IMG/VR virus record: IMGVR_UViG_3300048824_000144
Location: 1 to 60,309 of that record
DNA length: 60,309 nt
Strand: one strand, 5' to 3'
From: a virus
This document shows, piece by piece, positions 42,593-51,602 of this stretch (the stretch's first letter is position 1; every line of letters starts with the position of its first letter). The notes under the pieces were generated by a model. That model was not told where the DNA came from, searched no databases, and saw only the letters and a list, made by a program, of their open reading frames with translations. Position numbers and translations under genes: made by a program.

Positions 42593-43020
42593 GCTGCCGC
42601 CGTCGTTTTCTGTGCGCCCTTGCGTTGCACCGTGATGTAGCCGGCGCCGGCCATCTCCATGACCAGATCCTCATCGAGAGCGGGCAGCATGGTGCGCGGA
42701 GTGAGCAGATCGAAAACTCCCAGCAGCGAACCGAGGGCCATGTAGCGCAGAGCCACCCCTTGGTCGCCGAGCCACGCGCCCAGCTCAAGATAGCTATGCT
42801 CTTTGCCGTCCAGCGGATCGCACTCTTGCCAGTCGCCCGGATGCGCTTTGGTCAAGGCTTCGAACTCGGCCGCGCTGGGTTCGTCTTTCTTCGCCACCAA
42901 AAAGAAAACCATGTCGGCAGTGTGGCCGATTGGATCGGGCTTCGTGCCCACGTCGATGCAGCGGCCGCATTTGCATTCTCCGCGATCGGTGTGGGCGTCA
43001 ACGTATTCTCCTAGCTTCAT
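42589..43020 (-). CDS. hypothetical protein
   Basis: 143 aa from ATG 43020 (MKLGEYVDAHTDRGECKCGRC...); a GTG at 43029 is also possible. Confidence 0.65.
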   Translation of the reverse strand: MKLGEYVDAHTDRGECKCGRCIDVGTKPDPIGHTADMVFFLVAKKDEPSAAEFEALTKAHPGDWQECDPLDGKEHSYLELGAWLGDQGVALRYMALGSLLGVFDLLTPRTMLPALDEDLVMEMAGAGYITVQRKGAQKTTAAA

Positions 43021-43076
43021 GTTCGCCACCCCAAAATGATGGGACTTATATACTTAACTCCCTAAACACAATGAAA

Positions 43077-43517
43077 TCAGCCATCAACATCGGCCAACAG
43101 TTCCGGCGTAACTTTCGCTATGGCGTAGGCGTCGGTCAGGTCGCACACTCCGCCTTCGCAGTGCCATCGGTCATCAAGGCTCAAATAATTCAGCAGCCGA
43201 GCGGCTTCGGGTGTGGTCATCGTTACGGCACTCCAGCACCAATTACCGACCCATTCGTGCTTTCCGCTAAGAACCTCAAAGCGTCGGCGCGACAGACACA
43301 GGAAGTTACCACTGAACGAGTACCGAGGCTCCGATCCTCTCTCGCCCCACTGGAGATCAATCTCGTCTCCGATCTGCACAGCAGATACGCGTCCAGTGTC
43401 GATTCCGTGTTCGTCATTCGTCGCCAGACTAACTATTACGTTCACGTTTTGCCTTCTTTCGCTTTCGGGGTTTCTTGCGCTTCGACTTCGGACGGTAAGC
43501 CAGTACCACATCCGCAA
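43077..43517 (-). CDS. cargo protein of IS copy 2 (start uncertain)
   Basis: C-terminal 110 aa look coding (IDLQWGERGSEPRYSFSGNFLCL...WHCEGGVCDLTDAYAIAK); the N-terminus overlaps the small basic ORF. Confidence 0.45.
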   Translation of the reverse strand: MRMWYWLTVRSRSARNPESERRQNVNVIVSLATNDEHGIDTGRVSAVQIGDEIDLQWGERGSEPRYSFSGNFLCLSRRRFEVLSGKHEWVGNWCWSAVTMTTPEAARLLNYLSLDDRWHCEGGVCDLTDAYAIAKVTPELLADVDG

Positions 43518-43551
43518 TCGCGTCTAGGACGGGGGGAGTTTTGCGCTTCAT
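43429..43551 (-). CDS. small basic protein (homologue of 19969-20106)
   Basis: MKRKTPPVLDAIADVVLAYRPKSKRKKPRKRKKAKRERNS shares KTPP.LD.IAD.VL.YRPK with IS copy 1. Confidence 0.4.
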   Translation of the reverse strand: MKRKTPPVLDAIADVVLAYRPKSKRKKPRKRKKAKRERNS

Positions 43552-43645
43552 GAGATTCCCTTTTTACACTTCGCACAGACAGCGAGAATGTACAGTGTGG
43601 CTGTCCGCAACCGTCCACCACATATCCGGCAGAACGATGCCTTCT

Positions 43646-44563
43646 TCATGCGGTCAACCCTTCATAGGTCAGCCGCTTGCCGACTACGGCCAGAACAAAG
43701 CTATCCAGCCGCTCAAGAGTGTGGTACTTCACGTTGCCGACGTTCAGCCGGAAGGTGAACTCGTCAACGTACTTGGCAAGATGCTTCTTGCTTATTTGGT
43801 GATAGACGCCGTACACGCCGCGTTTCAGGACTGCCCAAACGCTCTCGATTCCGTTCGTGCTCGCCTGACCCAGCCGGTACTCGCCCGCCATGTGATTGAC
43901 GCTCTGGTGACGGAAGAAAAGACCATCAAGGCCGATGTATCCGGGTGCCTCATCCGTGAAGATCGTAGAGCCGACTTCCACATTGGCGTGGATGGCGGAT
44001 TGCAAACTGACTTGGTCGGTAGCTTCCAGCGGCATTGCAATAGTGCGTCCGCCGCGCTCCCTGAGTCCTACAACGGCAGTCTTGCCCACGGAGCCACGCC
44101 CAGCCTTGAGCTTTTTGTGCTCGTGCTTGTTGCGCTCTTTCCCGCCGATAAAACATTCGTCAATTTCGACCATGCCGCGAAGTTTGTCCAGCTTCCCGCC
44201 GCACGCCTCCCGAAGCCGATGCAGAACGAACCACGCCGACTTCTGCGTAATGCCGATTTCCTTGGCAAGCTGCATCGAACTGATGCCTTTTCGCGCTGTG
44301 ACGAGCAGGTACATGGCATAGAGCCACTTGTGCAGAGGAATGTGGCTGCGCTCGAAGATCGTGCCTGTACGGATGGTGAAATCCAATTGGCAGGCATTGC
44401 AGCGATAGAAGCCGCCCTTGCGAGTTGTGATGCGTTCAGTGGCTTTGCAGGTCGGGCAAGTGACGCCGTTTTCCCAGAGACGGGATTCCAGATAGAGCCG
44501 TGCGGACTCCGCGTCGGGAAACATCTCGAAAAGCTGGAATGTGCTGATCGTGCTCTTACTCAT
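43646..44563 (-). CDS. IS1595-family (ISXO2-like) DDE transposase
   Basis: 305 aa from ATG 44563 (MSKSTISTFQLFEMFP...), collinear and highly similar to 20103-21029. Confidence 0.9.
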   Translation of the reverse strand: MSKSTISTFQLFEMFPDAESARLYLESRLWENGVTCPTCKATERITTRKGGFYRCNACQLDFTIRTGTIFERSHIPLHKWLYAMYLLVTARKGISSMQLAKEIGITQKSAWFVLHRLREACGGKLDKLRGMVEIDECFIGGKERNKHEHKKLKAGRGSVGKTAVVGLRERGGRTIAMPLEATDQVSLQSAIHANVEVGSTIFTDEAPGYIGLDGLFFRHQSVNHMAGEYRLGQASTNGIESVWAVLKRGVYGVYHQISKKHLAKYVDEFTFRLNVGNVKYHTLERLDSFVLAVVGKRLTYEGLTA

Positions 44564-44567
44564 TGCG

Positions 44568-44738
44568 TTACCCCTCGCATCCCATCTGGTAATAGCCGCC
44601 ACAGTCCTGGGAGCAGAAATCTATCGTTTGCGTGCGAACCTCTTGCTTTTGGCGAGCGGGATTCCATGCTCGGTCGATTATCTTTCGCGGTACAGGTGTC
44701 TCGATTGGCTTCCCGCAGTAAGGGCATTTGGCTGTCAT
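44568..44738 (-). CDS. zinc-ribbon cargo protein
   Basis: 56 aa MTAKCPYCGKPIETP...CSQDCGGYYQMGCEG; stop 5 nt before the transposase ATG. Confidence 0.45.
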   Translation of the reverse strand: MTAKCPYCGKPIETPVPRKIIDRAWNPARQKQEVRTQTIDFCSQDCGGYYQMGCEG

Positions 44739-44795
44739 TTTGTCAAAACCTCCGTCAAAACTTTACAAAACGGCGTAAACATTCAAGAGCGGATT

Positions 44796-45062
44796 TCACA
44801 CTTCTGGTGGAATTGGCAATCGCCGGTGCTCAACTACGGCAAGTTCCCCAGCGTGGAGTCTGCCATAGCAAGAGCAATCCTTACTTGGCGGGTGGTTGCA
44901 GCATAGATAGCGCCCATCCGCCCCAATCCACGCCTGATGCGTGTAGTCGTAATGTTCCGACCTTAGTGTCCGCTCCGCCGCATCCGTGGTTAGCCTTGCG
45001 TATCGAATGGTGCTCACAGTTGACCTCCGATCAAGATAGGGTGTTTCACAAGTACTACGCAA
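44796..45062 (-). CDS. possible cargo protein
   Basis: 88 aa ORF in a low-G+C segment; overlaps the next ORF by 49 nt. Confidence 0.3.
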   Translation of the reverse strand: MRSTCETPYLDRRSTVSTIRYARLTTDAAERTLRSEHYDYTHQAWIGADGRYLCCNHPPSKDCSCYGRLHAGELAVVEHRRLPIPPEV

Positions 45063-45202
45063 AACATGCGCTCGAAAGCGTTGCGAGGAGCTAATGTTCG
45101 CTTATTCAGGTAAGAGATCACGTTCGCGAGCTTCAGTGACCCCACATAATTGCCTTCTGCCTCGCACTCTCTCAGCAACTCTAAACAAATACTGTAGGCC
45201 AT
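45014..45202 (-). CDS. possible cargo protein
   Basis: 62 aa; MAYSICLELLRECEAEGNYVGSLKLANVISYLNK looks coding. Confidence 0.35.
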   Translation of the reverse strand: MAYSICLELLRECEAEGNYVGSLKLANVISYLNKRTLAPRNAFERMFCVVLVKHPILIGGQL

Positions 45203-45221
45203 TTGTAAGGGAACTATATAC

Positions 45222-45933
45222 TTAACTCCCTAACTGCCGAGTTTCAACATTGCACACAGCTTCCGCATAATCGACAATACAGCTCGCCAGCTCAGGAGGA
45301 ATGGTTGCCGCTACGCCACTACAGTTAGCGCGACCGCCGGCCAATCTCTCGCTCTCTTGCTGCCACCGATTACGCCAGTCCTGCACACTGATGTCCTGCG
45401 GACGCTTCTCCATCCATGCGCCAGGAGCTCCACGAAAGCCCTTGCCTTTAATAATCCCTTGCGGCATGAGCGGCGGTACTCCGCTGCCCCACAGGTAGAA
45501 CGGGCCGCAATGATGGACTGCATTGCCCACAAACTGCTGCGCCGCTCTGACGTTCTCCATGACGAAGGGAATGCCGGATGCCATGCACAATTCACGGGTG
45601 TGATTGAAGAGCCTAATACCTTGCGTTGGGTAAGGGGGGCTTGGGTGAAAGCACTTCATGCCGTGTACAGAAAACTCTTCACAGGGAGAGGAGGCACAGA
45701 TGAAATCGAACTGTTCCGACCAGTGGCAAGCAAACCGATCTTGGAGCATTACATAACCGTTTCCCGATGCTGCAAAATTAAGCACGTCCTCTTTCAGGAA
45801 GTACAATCCCTGCGGAACCTCTGGGGGGTTCAACTAAGTCAACCGCAACGACATTCCAGCCTCGCGACAAAAATGGTTTCGACCATCCGAGTCGCCCGCA
45901 AAAGAGATCAAGCATCCGTTTCATGTTTGGCAT
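45222..45933 (-). pseudogene. C5 cytosine DNA methyltransferase split by a frameshift at a C6 run
   Basis: motif I DLFCGRLGWS in frame A (45933-45778); motif IV SSPCEEFS and motif VI FVMENV in frame B (45833-45222); frames meet at GGGGGG 45823-45828. Confidence 0.7.
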
Positions 45934-45959
45934 CCTAGCACCCCAGAAAAGGGAGTTAA

Positions 45960-46100
45960 CTATATAATTCCCAAAATGATGATCACAACGACAACCAGTT
46001 CGCAGACCGCGCCCGGGCGCGGATGGTTGGAGACGATCAGCACGCAGCCGGCTAGCGCCAAAAGCGCGACCAGCTTTTCCTGAGTGATGGTGATGGTCAT
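45960..46100 (-). CDS. small membrane protein whose last codons were replaced by the IS insertion
   Basis: MTITITQEKLVALLALAGCVLIV...; GGAGG RBS; removing the IS restores ...ILGWRT-TGA overlapping the ATG at 43020. Confidence 0.45.
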   Translation of the reverse strand: MTITITQEKLVALLALAGCVLIVSNHPRPGAVCELVVVVIIILGII

Positions 46101-46417
46101 GCGTGGCCTCCGCATTTCGCGATGGGCGAACCGGCCACCGCGCGCCGCAAGCTTTCGAGGCGCTTCCATTCTTCCACCGCGGCATCGGCCGCCTGGCGCA
46201 GCGTCATGCCTTCGGGATCTCCGGCAGTTGAGCCGGGGACGAAGCAGGAGCATCGGCCCTGTAGGTGTGCGATCGAGCCGATGATTCCGCGCAGCCCGCA
46301 GTTGCGGTGCATCCACACGAGCCCGGCGTTAAAGGGCATGCGCTCCTCGCCCTCGAGGATTGCTTCGGTGCAGCGGGCGCAGATGACGGCCGGTGTGGGC
46401 CTAGCTTCATCGTTCAT
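46097..46417 (-). CDS. Cys-rich hypothetical protein
   Basis: 106 aa; CARC...C...CSC. Confidence 0.65.
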   Translation of the reverse strand: MNDEARPTPAVICARCTEAILEGEERMPFNAGLVWMHRNCGLRGIIGSIAHLQGRCSCFVPGSTAGDPEGMTLRQAADAAVEEWKRLESLRRAVAGSPIAKCGGHA

Positions 46418-46623
46418 GCTTTTGCACCCGATTGGCGCTGCTTTTTCCGCGTCTTTCCAGCATCGCTTAGGTCTGTCAGTTTGACCTCGAAGCTCAGCGC
46501 GATATGCGCGGTCACTTCCACGCCCAGGCCGGAGGACCTCAACGCGGCGGAAAGCTTGCCGATCTTATCCACCACGCGCTGCAGTTCGTACGCCGAAAGG
46601 TTAGGGTCGTCTTTATCCGCCAT
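46414..46623 (-). CDS. hypothetical protein
   Basis: 69 aa from ATG 46623 (MADKDDPNLSAYELQRVVDKIGK...). Confidence 0.55.
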   Translation of the reverse strand: MADKDDPNLSAYELQRVVDKIGKLSAALRSSGLGVEVTAHIALSFEVKLTDLSDAGKTRKKQRQSGAKA

Positions 46624-46918
46624 CGGTTTCCTTTCCGGTTTCGGGATCCACCATGCGATCGCAGAATTCGCGCGACCGCCGGATGCTTTCTTCGTTGACG
46701 GTAAGCCCGTTGCGCTTCGCGATGGTGCGGATAGCCTCTTCCAGCACATCCATCACGTCGGGCCGCGGACCGGCGCGGTTCAGCGGACTCGCTTCGCCCA
46801 CAGCCAGCAGCAACTCGTGCCCGGTGGGGCAAAGCTGGAAGGGATGGCCTTCGCACTGCTGGCAGACGTCCAGGTGAGCGTGGAAATTATCGGCGGCGAT
46901 TTCTAAAGGAGTTTTCAC
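46613..46918 (-). CDS. hypothetical protein
   Basis: 101 aa from GTG 46918 (GTGA overlap); CQQCEGHPFQLC. Confidence 0.6.
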   Translation of the reverse strand: MKTPLEIAADNFHAHLDVCQQCEGHPFQLCPTGHELLLAVGEASPLNRAGPRPDVMDVLEEAIRTIAKRNGLTVNEESIRRSREFCDRMVDPETGKETDGG

Positions 46919-47331
46919 GCGGCCGTTTTCTCCTCCATCGTCTCCGCGAACAGCTTGCGGGCGTCGGCGCGGATGCTGGCGGCGCGGCACTCGGCGACTC
47001 CATCGTTCACGACGTTGCCCTCGCAGGTGATGCGAATGACGTGCTCTCCGTTGATTTCCGCTTCCGCCGTCAGTTCCCCTTCCGGGGTGGTGATCGAGCC
47101 GCGCCCTGACGCGACCGCGCACAGCGGGCAGGCACCGGAGGCCATGTGCTCCATGGCGTTGATCAGCATGGGCGCGCGCTCATCATGGTACTTCTTGAGC
47201 TTCTCGCGCAGGGCGGTAACTTCCGCGAGTACGCGGCGCGTCTTGCGGCCCGCGAGGTAGTTTGTGGTCACCACCGCGATCAGGAAGGCGTCGATCCCGT
47301 AGCGAAACATAGTGAACATTGTGTGCATCAT
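46915..47331 (-). CDS. membrane-anchored hypothetical protein
   Basis: 138 aa from ATG 47331; N-terminal TM FRYGIDAFLIAVVTTNYL. Confidence 0.6.
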   Translation of the reverse strand: MMHTMFTMFRYGIDAFLIAVVTTNYLAGRKTRRVLAEVTALREKLKKYHDERAPMLINAMEHMASGACPLCAVASGRGSITTPEGELTAEAEINGEHVIRITCEGNVVNDGVAECRAASIRADARKLFAETMEEKTAA

Positions 47332-47885
47332 GCAATCGGCTCCAGCTCTCCCTCGCGGTTGCGGTGAAGAGCGTCCAGCGTGGCCGCTTCCTCTGTGGCT
47401 TCGGTCAGGTCGAAGCAGAAGCGGCCAGTGTCCAGTTCCACATCGGGCGCCGCCGCGTTGAATACGCGCCGGTCCAGTCCGTCGCGAGTGTAACCGTAGG
47501 AGAGCCCATAGCCCTTCATCCCAATGGCGTTTACGTTGACCAGCAGGGCCTCGTGGGTGAGCGCCTTCGGCCATTCCCAAAGATTGCGGGGCATGTCGGC
47601 AAACGTCTTGCCGGGCGGCGGCGAAGCAAACAGCGCGTCGGAAAAGAACACGATCACGCGCGCGTGCGCCTGAAACAAAATCTTCACGATGATGCTGCCG
47701 ATGATGTTCTTGCTCTTCCAGTGCGCCATCATCTCGGGATGGAGCGGAGTGGAAAAGGGGCGCTCGATGCCGGTCTCCGGCGGGAAGGCCATCGGGCGCG
47801 GCGCAATCGGCCCCGGATTGGCCAGCATTTCGCTCCGCACTATTTCCACCGCGTAGTCCACTTCCGTCTTGTAGAGCTGGGTCAT
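47328..47885 (-). CDS. hypothetical protein
   Basis: 185 aa, balanced composition. Confidence 0.65.
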   Translation of the reverse strand: MTQLYKTEVDYAVEIVRSEMLANPGPIAPRPMAFPPETGIERPFSTPLHPEMMAHWKSKNIIGSIIVKILFQAHARVIVFFSDALFASPPPGKTFADMPRNLWEWPKALTHEALLVNVNAIGMKGYGLSYGYTRDGLDRRVFNAAAPDVELDTGRFCFDLTEATEEAATLDALHRNREGELEPIA

Positions 47886-48127
47886 GCAGCTATCTCCACC
47901 AGGCGCTCAACCTTCACCACGCCATCTTCGATCTTGCGGCCGTAAAGATGAGCCGCACAGTAATACCACCAGCGGAAACCCGTCCCGTGCTTTCTGCGAA
48001 GCGCGGCGACCGCCGGATCGTGGCATCCCTTTTGCCGGCACGTCCGGTCGAGATCGGCCACCTTCCAGCCTTCATCGGCAACCCACTCTCGGCGATAGCC
48101 CGCTGGAACATCGTCGGCCTCCGTCAT
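47882..48127 (-). CDS. hypothetical protein
   Basis: 81 aa. Confidence 0.65.
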   Translation of the reverse strand: MTEADDVPAGYRREWVADEGWKVADLDRTCRQKGCHDPAVAALRRKHGTGFRWWYYCAAHLYGRKIEDGVVKVERLVEIAA

Positions 48128-48456
48128 CGCGGCTCGCTTTCAAGCGTCATCGTTACGCCGCAGTGTTTCGGCCAGCCGCCGGCGAGATACCCAGCGAACT
48201 CCTGCTTCGAGATTTCCCGTACATGATCGCATTCGTGGCAGCGCAGCGAGTAACGCTTTTCCCGGTAAAGGTCAGACGCGATCCGCTTATTCGCGCCGAT
48301 CACTTCGAGAAATCCGCCGAGTGCCCCGAAGGTGGGGTCGATGCCGTTGAGCGTGAGGTTGGTGGAACCGAGGTCGATGCGCCGCCAGCGCCCCTGCGCG
48401 AGGGCCAGTGAGCTGAGGGCCAGAACGAAGACGAGCAGGAACCAATTCCGCTTCAT
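48124..48456 (-). CDS. secreted hypothetical protein
   Basis: signal-peptide-like MKRNWFLLVFVLALSSLALAQG. Confidence 0.65.
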   Translation of the reverse strand: MKRNWFLLVFVLALSSLALAQGRWRRIDLGSTNLTLNGIDPTFGALGGFLEVIGANKRIASDLYREKRYSLRCHECDHVREISKQEFAGYLAGGWPKHCGVTMTLESEPR

Positions 48457-48468
48457 AGTTCTCTCCTT

Positions 48469-48621
48469 TTAACTTTTCCTCCATCGCGGCCGCAGCTCCT
48501 CAACTTCGCGCTGCCACAGGCCGAGAGCCGGCGATCCCGGAAAGAGCTGGCATCCCCGGCCGAAAACCAGTCCCGCCCAAACGTAGCGCGGCCACGCGAT
48601 GATGTACCTGAGCAGTCTCAT
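48469..48621 (-). CDS. possible 50-aa hydrophobic protein
   Basis: ATG 48621 overlaps the RtcB stop (ATGA). Confidence 0.4.
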   Translation of the reverse strand: MRLLRYIIAWPRYVWAGLVFGRGCQLFPGSPALGLWQREVEELRPRWRKS

Positions 48622-49892
48622 GCCGGCGCGCTCTCGACTTTCTTCCGGCCTATTTTTTCGTCGCCGCCCTTGACGCACACGAACTGCTTGAGCCGGTACA
48701 CCGGTTCCACCAGGTCGGACTGCGCCGCCATCACCGCTTCAATGTCTTTGTAGGCGCCCGGAGTCTCATCGAGCACGCTGGCATCTTTCAGGCACTCGAC
48801 GCCTTCCGTCGCCTTGATGTGATCGGCCAGGCTGAATTGCCGCACCGCTTCTTTGCGCCCCATGGCGCGCCCGGCGCCGTGCGAACAGGTCTGGAAAGAA
48901 TCCGTGTTCCCGAGGCCGCGCACGATGTAGGTCCGCGCGCCCATGCTGCCGGGGATGATGCCCAGATCTCCCAGCCGCGCCCGAACCGCTCCCTTGCGCG
49001 TGACCAGAACGTTTTCGCCGAAGTGACTTTCCCACACGACGTAATTGTGATGACAGTGGACGCGGAACTCTTCGCCGACGGCCCCCAGCAACGGAGAAAG
49101 GGCGGCTACGATATTTTCCATCATGATCTCGCGGTTGCGCCAGGCGAAGCGCTGCGCGAATGAGACGGCGTGCAGGTAGTCGTCGAATGCCGCCTCGCCC
49201 CGCGGTAGAAAGGCCAGGTCGGGATCGGGCAACTCGATAAACCAGCGCTTGCACAAGTCTTTTGCGACGTCGGTAAAATAGCCGCCAATCTTGTTGCCCA
49301 GCCCGCGCGAGCCGGAGTGCAGCACGATCCACACGCGCTCTTGCTCGTCGGCGCAGATTTCGATGAAGTGATTTCCCGTGCCCAGCGTCCCGAGTTGCGA
49401 GAGCGTGTTCTTGGCCTGTGCTCCCGGATGCTTCGCAATGATGCTTCCGTACTCGGCGGAGAATTCTGAGTTCCAGGCTTCGGCGATCGCCGCCGGAGCC
49501 ACGCTCTCCGGAGTTCGCGCCCAGCCGCCAACGTCTCCCACGGCGCCGTTATTCGTACGGCCGTGAGGGACCGCCTTCTCGATCGCCGCGCGCACTTCGG
49601 CCAGATCTGCAATTTGTTCGCGCCGGAATTGCGTGCGAACCGCCATCATTCCGCAGCCGATATCCACGCCCACCGCCGCCGGCACAACCGCATTGCGCGT
49701 GGGCAGCACCGTGCCCACGGTCGATCCCATGCCCCAATGAGTGTCGGGCATGGCCGCCATCCACTTGTAGATGAAGGGCAGCCGCGCCGTGTTCTTGAGC
49801 TGGTCGATGGCCTTGTCCTCGAAGCGCACGCCTTTGCGCCACGCTTTGATGATGCGGCCTTCGCCGGCGTCGATGATCTCGAAATTGCTCAT
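48618..49892 (-). CDS. rtcB: RtcB RNA ligase (3'-phosphate/5'-hydroxyl)
   Basis: 424 aa from ATG 49892; GVDIGCGM, GTLGTGNHFIE, HSGSRGLGN, HCHHNY, GSMGA, SCHGAGR motifs. Confidence 0.9.
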   Translation of the reverse strand: MSNFEIIDAGEGRIIKAWRKGVRFEDKAIDQLKNTARLPFIYKWMAAMPDTHWGMGSTVGTVLPTRNAVVPAAVGVDIGCGMMAVRTQFRREQIADLAEVRAAIEKAVPHGRTNNGAVGDVGGWARTPESVAPAAIAEAWNSEFSAEYGSIIAKHPGAQAKNTLSQLGTLGTGNHFIEICADEQERVWIVLHSGSRGLGNKIGGYFTDVAKDLCKRWFIELPDPDLAFLPRGEAAFDDYLHAVSFAQRFAWRNREIMMENIVAALSPLLGAVGEEFRVHCHHNYVVWESHFGENVLVTRKGAVRARLGDLGIIPGSMGARTYIVRGLGNTDSFQTCSHGAGRAMGRKEAVRQFSLADHIKATEGVECLKDASVLDETPGAYKDIEAVMAAQSDLVEPVYRLKQFVCVKGGDEKIGRKKVESAPA

Positions 49893-50266
49893 GCCTGATT
49901 CGCCTGCCACGGGTACTGCTGAAAATCTTCGCCGAGCAGCTCCGCCGCGGCCTCGCACAGCGCCACGCCCGCAAGCTGATTGGTTTCCGGATACCAGGTG
50001 CCGTCCCGGCCCCATTCCAGATAGGTGATGCCGGCGAGCCGGCGATAACTCCATCCGTCGTCACAGCGCAGTTGCCGGACGCGCTCCGCTCGCTCCCGCG
50101 TCATGCGCGGTTTGATCTCCGCGTAGAACTCGGCGTGCCTCGTGCCGGCAGCTTCGGCCAACTCCAAAAGTTCATCGACGCCCACGGCGTGGCCGCCGTC
50201 GCGGAACAGCGCATCGCGCTCCGCCGAGGAGATCTTCGAGTCGCCCATGTACAGCATGTTTTTCAT
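49889..50266 (-). CDS. hypothetical protein
   Basis: 125 aa; coupled to rtcB. Confidence 0.65.
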   Translation of the reverse strand: MKNMLYMGDSKISSAERDALFRDGGHAVGVDELLELAEAAGTRHAEFYAEIKPRMTRERAERVRQLRCDDGWSYRRLAGITYLEWGRDGTWYPETNQLAGVALCEAAAELLGEDFQQYPWQANQA

Positions 50267-50288
50267 GCCGCGGTCTCCGCGCCCGGCT

Positions 50289-50903
50289 TCAAAATTTCGA
50301 CGTGGCTGATGGCGACTGCGGATGAGAGCTTGCCGTCATCGGAGCGAATGTAAGCTCCGCCGTCATCAGCCGATAGGCTTCTTCGATCTTGCCTTCGCGC
50401 ACCAGACGGACGCGGTCATTCGCCGGCCACGCGCGGCCCCAATCCTCGCCCTGCCACAGATCCCGGAAAAGCGGAAAGCCCCGCCTGAAATCGTTGAGCA
50501 CGGAAGCATCGCCGTTCCAGGTCGCATCGTCGGCGCGCTCGACCGAGAACTCCACGCCGAGATAGGCGATCCCTTCATTGTTCCAGGTCGAATCGATCAG
50601 GGCGCCGAAGGCATCGGCATTCCACGCATGGTGCATGGGCAGATAGGAATTGAAGGGCTCAGGCATGAGCGCGAAGCCTTCGATGTAGCGATAACCGCGG
50701 GCGGCCGAAAGCATGATGGAGTTGCCGAAGCACTGTTTGATCCGTCCGTCGGGCAGGTTCGGCGGATAGGCGCGCGGCTCGTACCAGGTGCCGTGACGCA
50801 GCACGAAATCCCACATGAGGCGATAGTGCAAGCCCGGCGGCTGGGGCGCGACATCGCGAAGCCGCTCCAGGAGCCGAAGCAATCTCTCTCTCGCTTGGCT
50901 CAT
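50289..50903 (-). CDS. hypothetical protein
   Basis: 204 aa from ATG 50903 (MSQARERLLRLL...). Confidence 0.65.
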   Translation of the reverse strand: MSQARERLLRLLERLRDVAPQPPGLHYRLMWDFVLRHGTWYEPRAYPPNLPDGRIKQCFGNSIMLSAARGYRYIEGFALMPEPFNSYLPMHHAWNADAFGALIDSTWNNEGIAYLGVEFSVERADDATWNGDASVLNDFRRGFPLFRDLWQGEDWGRAWPANDRVRLVREGKIEEAYRLMTAELTFAPMTASSHPQSPSATSKF

Positions 50904-51178
50904 CAGTTGAACCCCTCGATCCACTTCCGCATTTTCTCAGGAGTGTTGAGGTGGCCACTCATGGCCAGCGCCACGCCGAGTTCGCCACAGAGGGTCACGC
51001 TGCTTTGGGTTTCGGCATGCTTGCGGAGATCGGAAGTCATCGAGGCCAGAGCGCCGGTAAGGTCGCCTCGGTCGACGTATTCCAGGGCGCGCTGTTTACA
51101 CCAGGCCAGATGTTCCGCGCGGGAGCCGCGATCATTCTGCGAGTTATCGAATACGGAGCTGTCGGAGAAAGCCATCAC
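50903..51178 (-). CDS. hypothetical protein
   Basis: 91 aa. Confidence 0.6.
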   Translation of the reverse strand: MMAFSDSSVFDNSQNDRGSRAEHLAWCKQRALEYVDRGDLTGALASMTSDLRKHAETQSSVTLCGELGVALAMSGHLNTPEKMRKWIEGFN

Positions 51179-51380
51179 TACCAGCCTAAAAAGCCACTAC
51201 TGCCTTTGGTGACAGGATCGGAGTCTAGCGCACGATCTTGTCCGCCGCAAGTCCTCTTTCGTGGATTTTTCTGATTTTCCGGATTTCGGAAAGCCGAAGG
51301 AGGCCGGGAGTCCCGGCCTGGCTCTGCGCTCCTACCCTCCGACGCGGGGTGCGACCACCGCAAGAGAGATCGATCATAGC

Positions 51381-51602
51381 TCATCGCTCCGTCCACCGGA
51401 CCAACTGCACCGCCTGAATTCTTCCCGGAGCGTAGCGGCGAACCCGCCGTCGAGCCTGCCGGGGGTTGGCGGCGGGCAGGAGAATTTTCAGGGCCATGCC
51501 TTCATCGAGGACGTGGACGTTTGCGGGGCAAACGGTGACAAAGTAGTGACGCACCGGCGTCTGCGTTTTGACTTCCAGAAGATCGGCCAACGGATCGTTC
51601 AT
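51381..51602 (-). CDS. hypothetical protein
   Basis: 73 aa from ATG 51602 (ATGA overlap). Confidence 0.5.
   Translation of the reverse strand: MNDPLADLLEVKTQTPVRHYFVTVCPANVHVLDEGMALKILLPAANPRQARRRVRRYAPGRIQAVQLVRWTER

Larger units (their letters stand above)
43041..45972 (-). mobile_element. IS1595-family composite transposon with cargo (IS copy 2)
   Basis: ends GGGACTTATATACTTAACTCCC / GGGAGTTAACTATATAATTCCC in inverted orientation; perfect 8-bp target duplication AAAATGAT at 43033-43040 and 45973-45980; extra internal end copy at 45209-45230; lower G+C. Confidence 0.8.
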
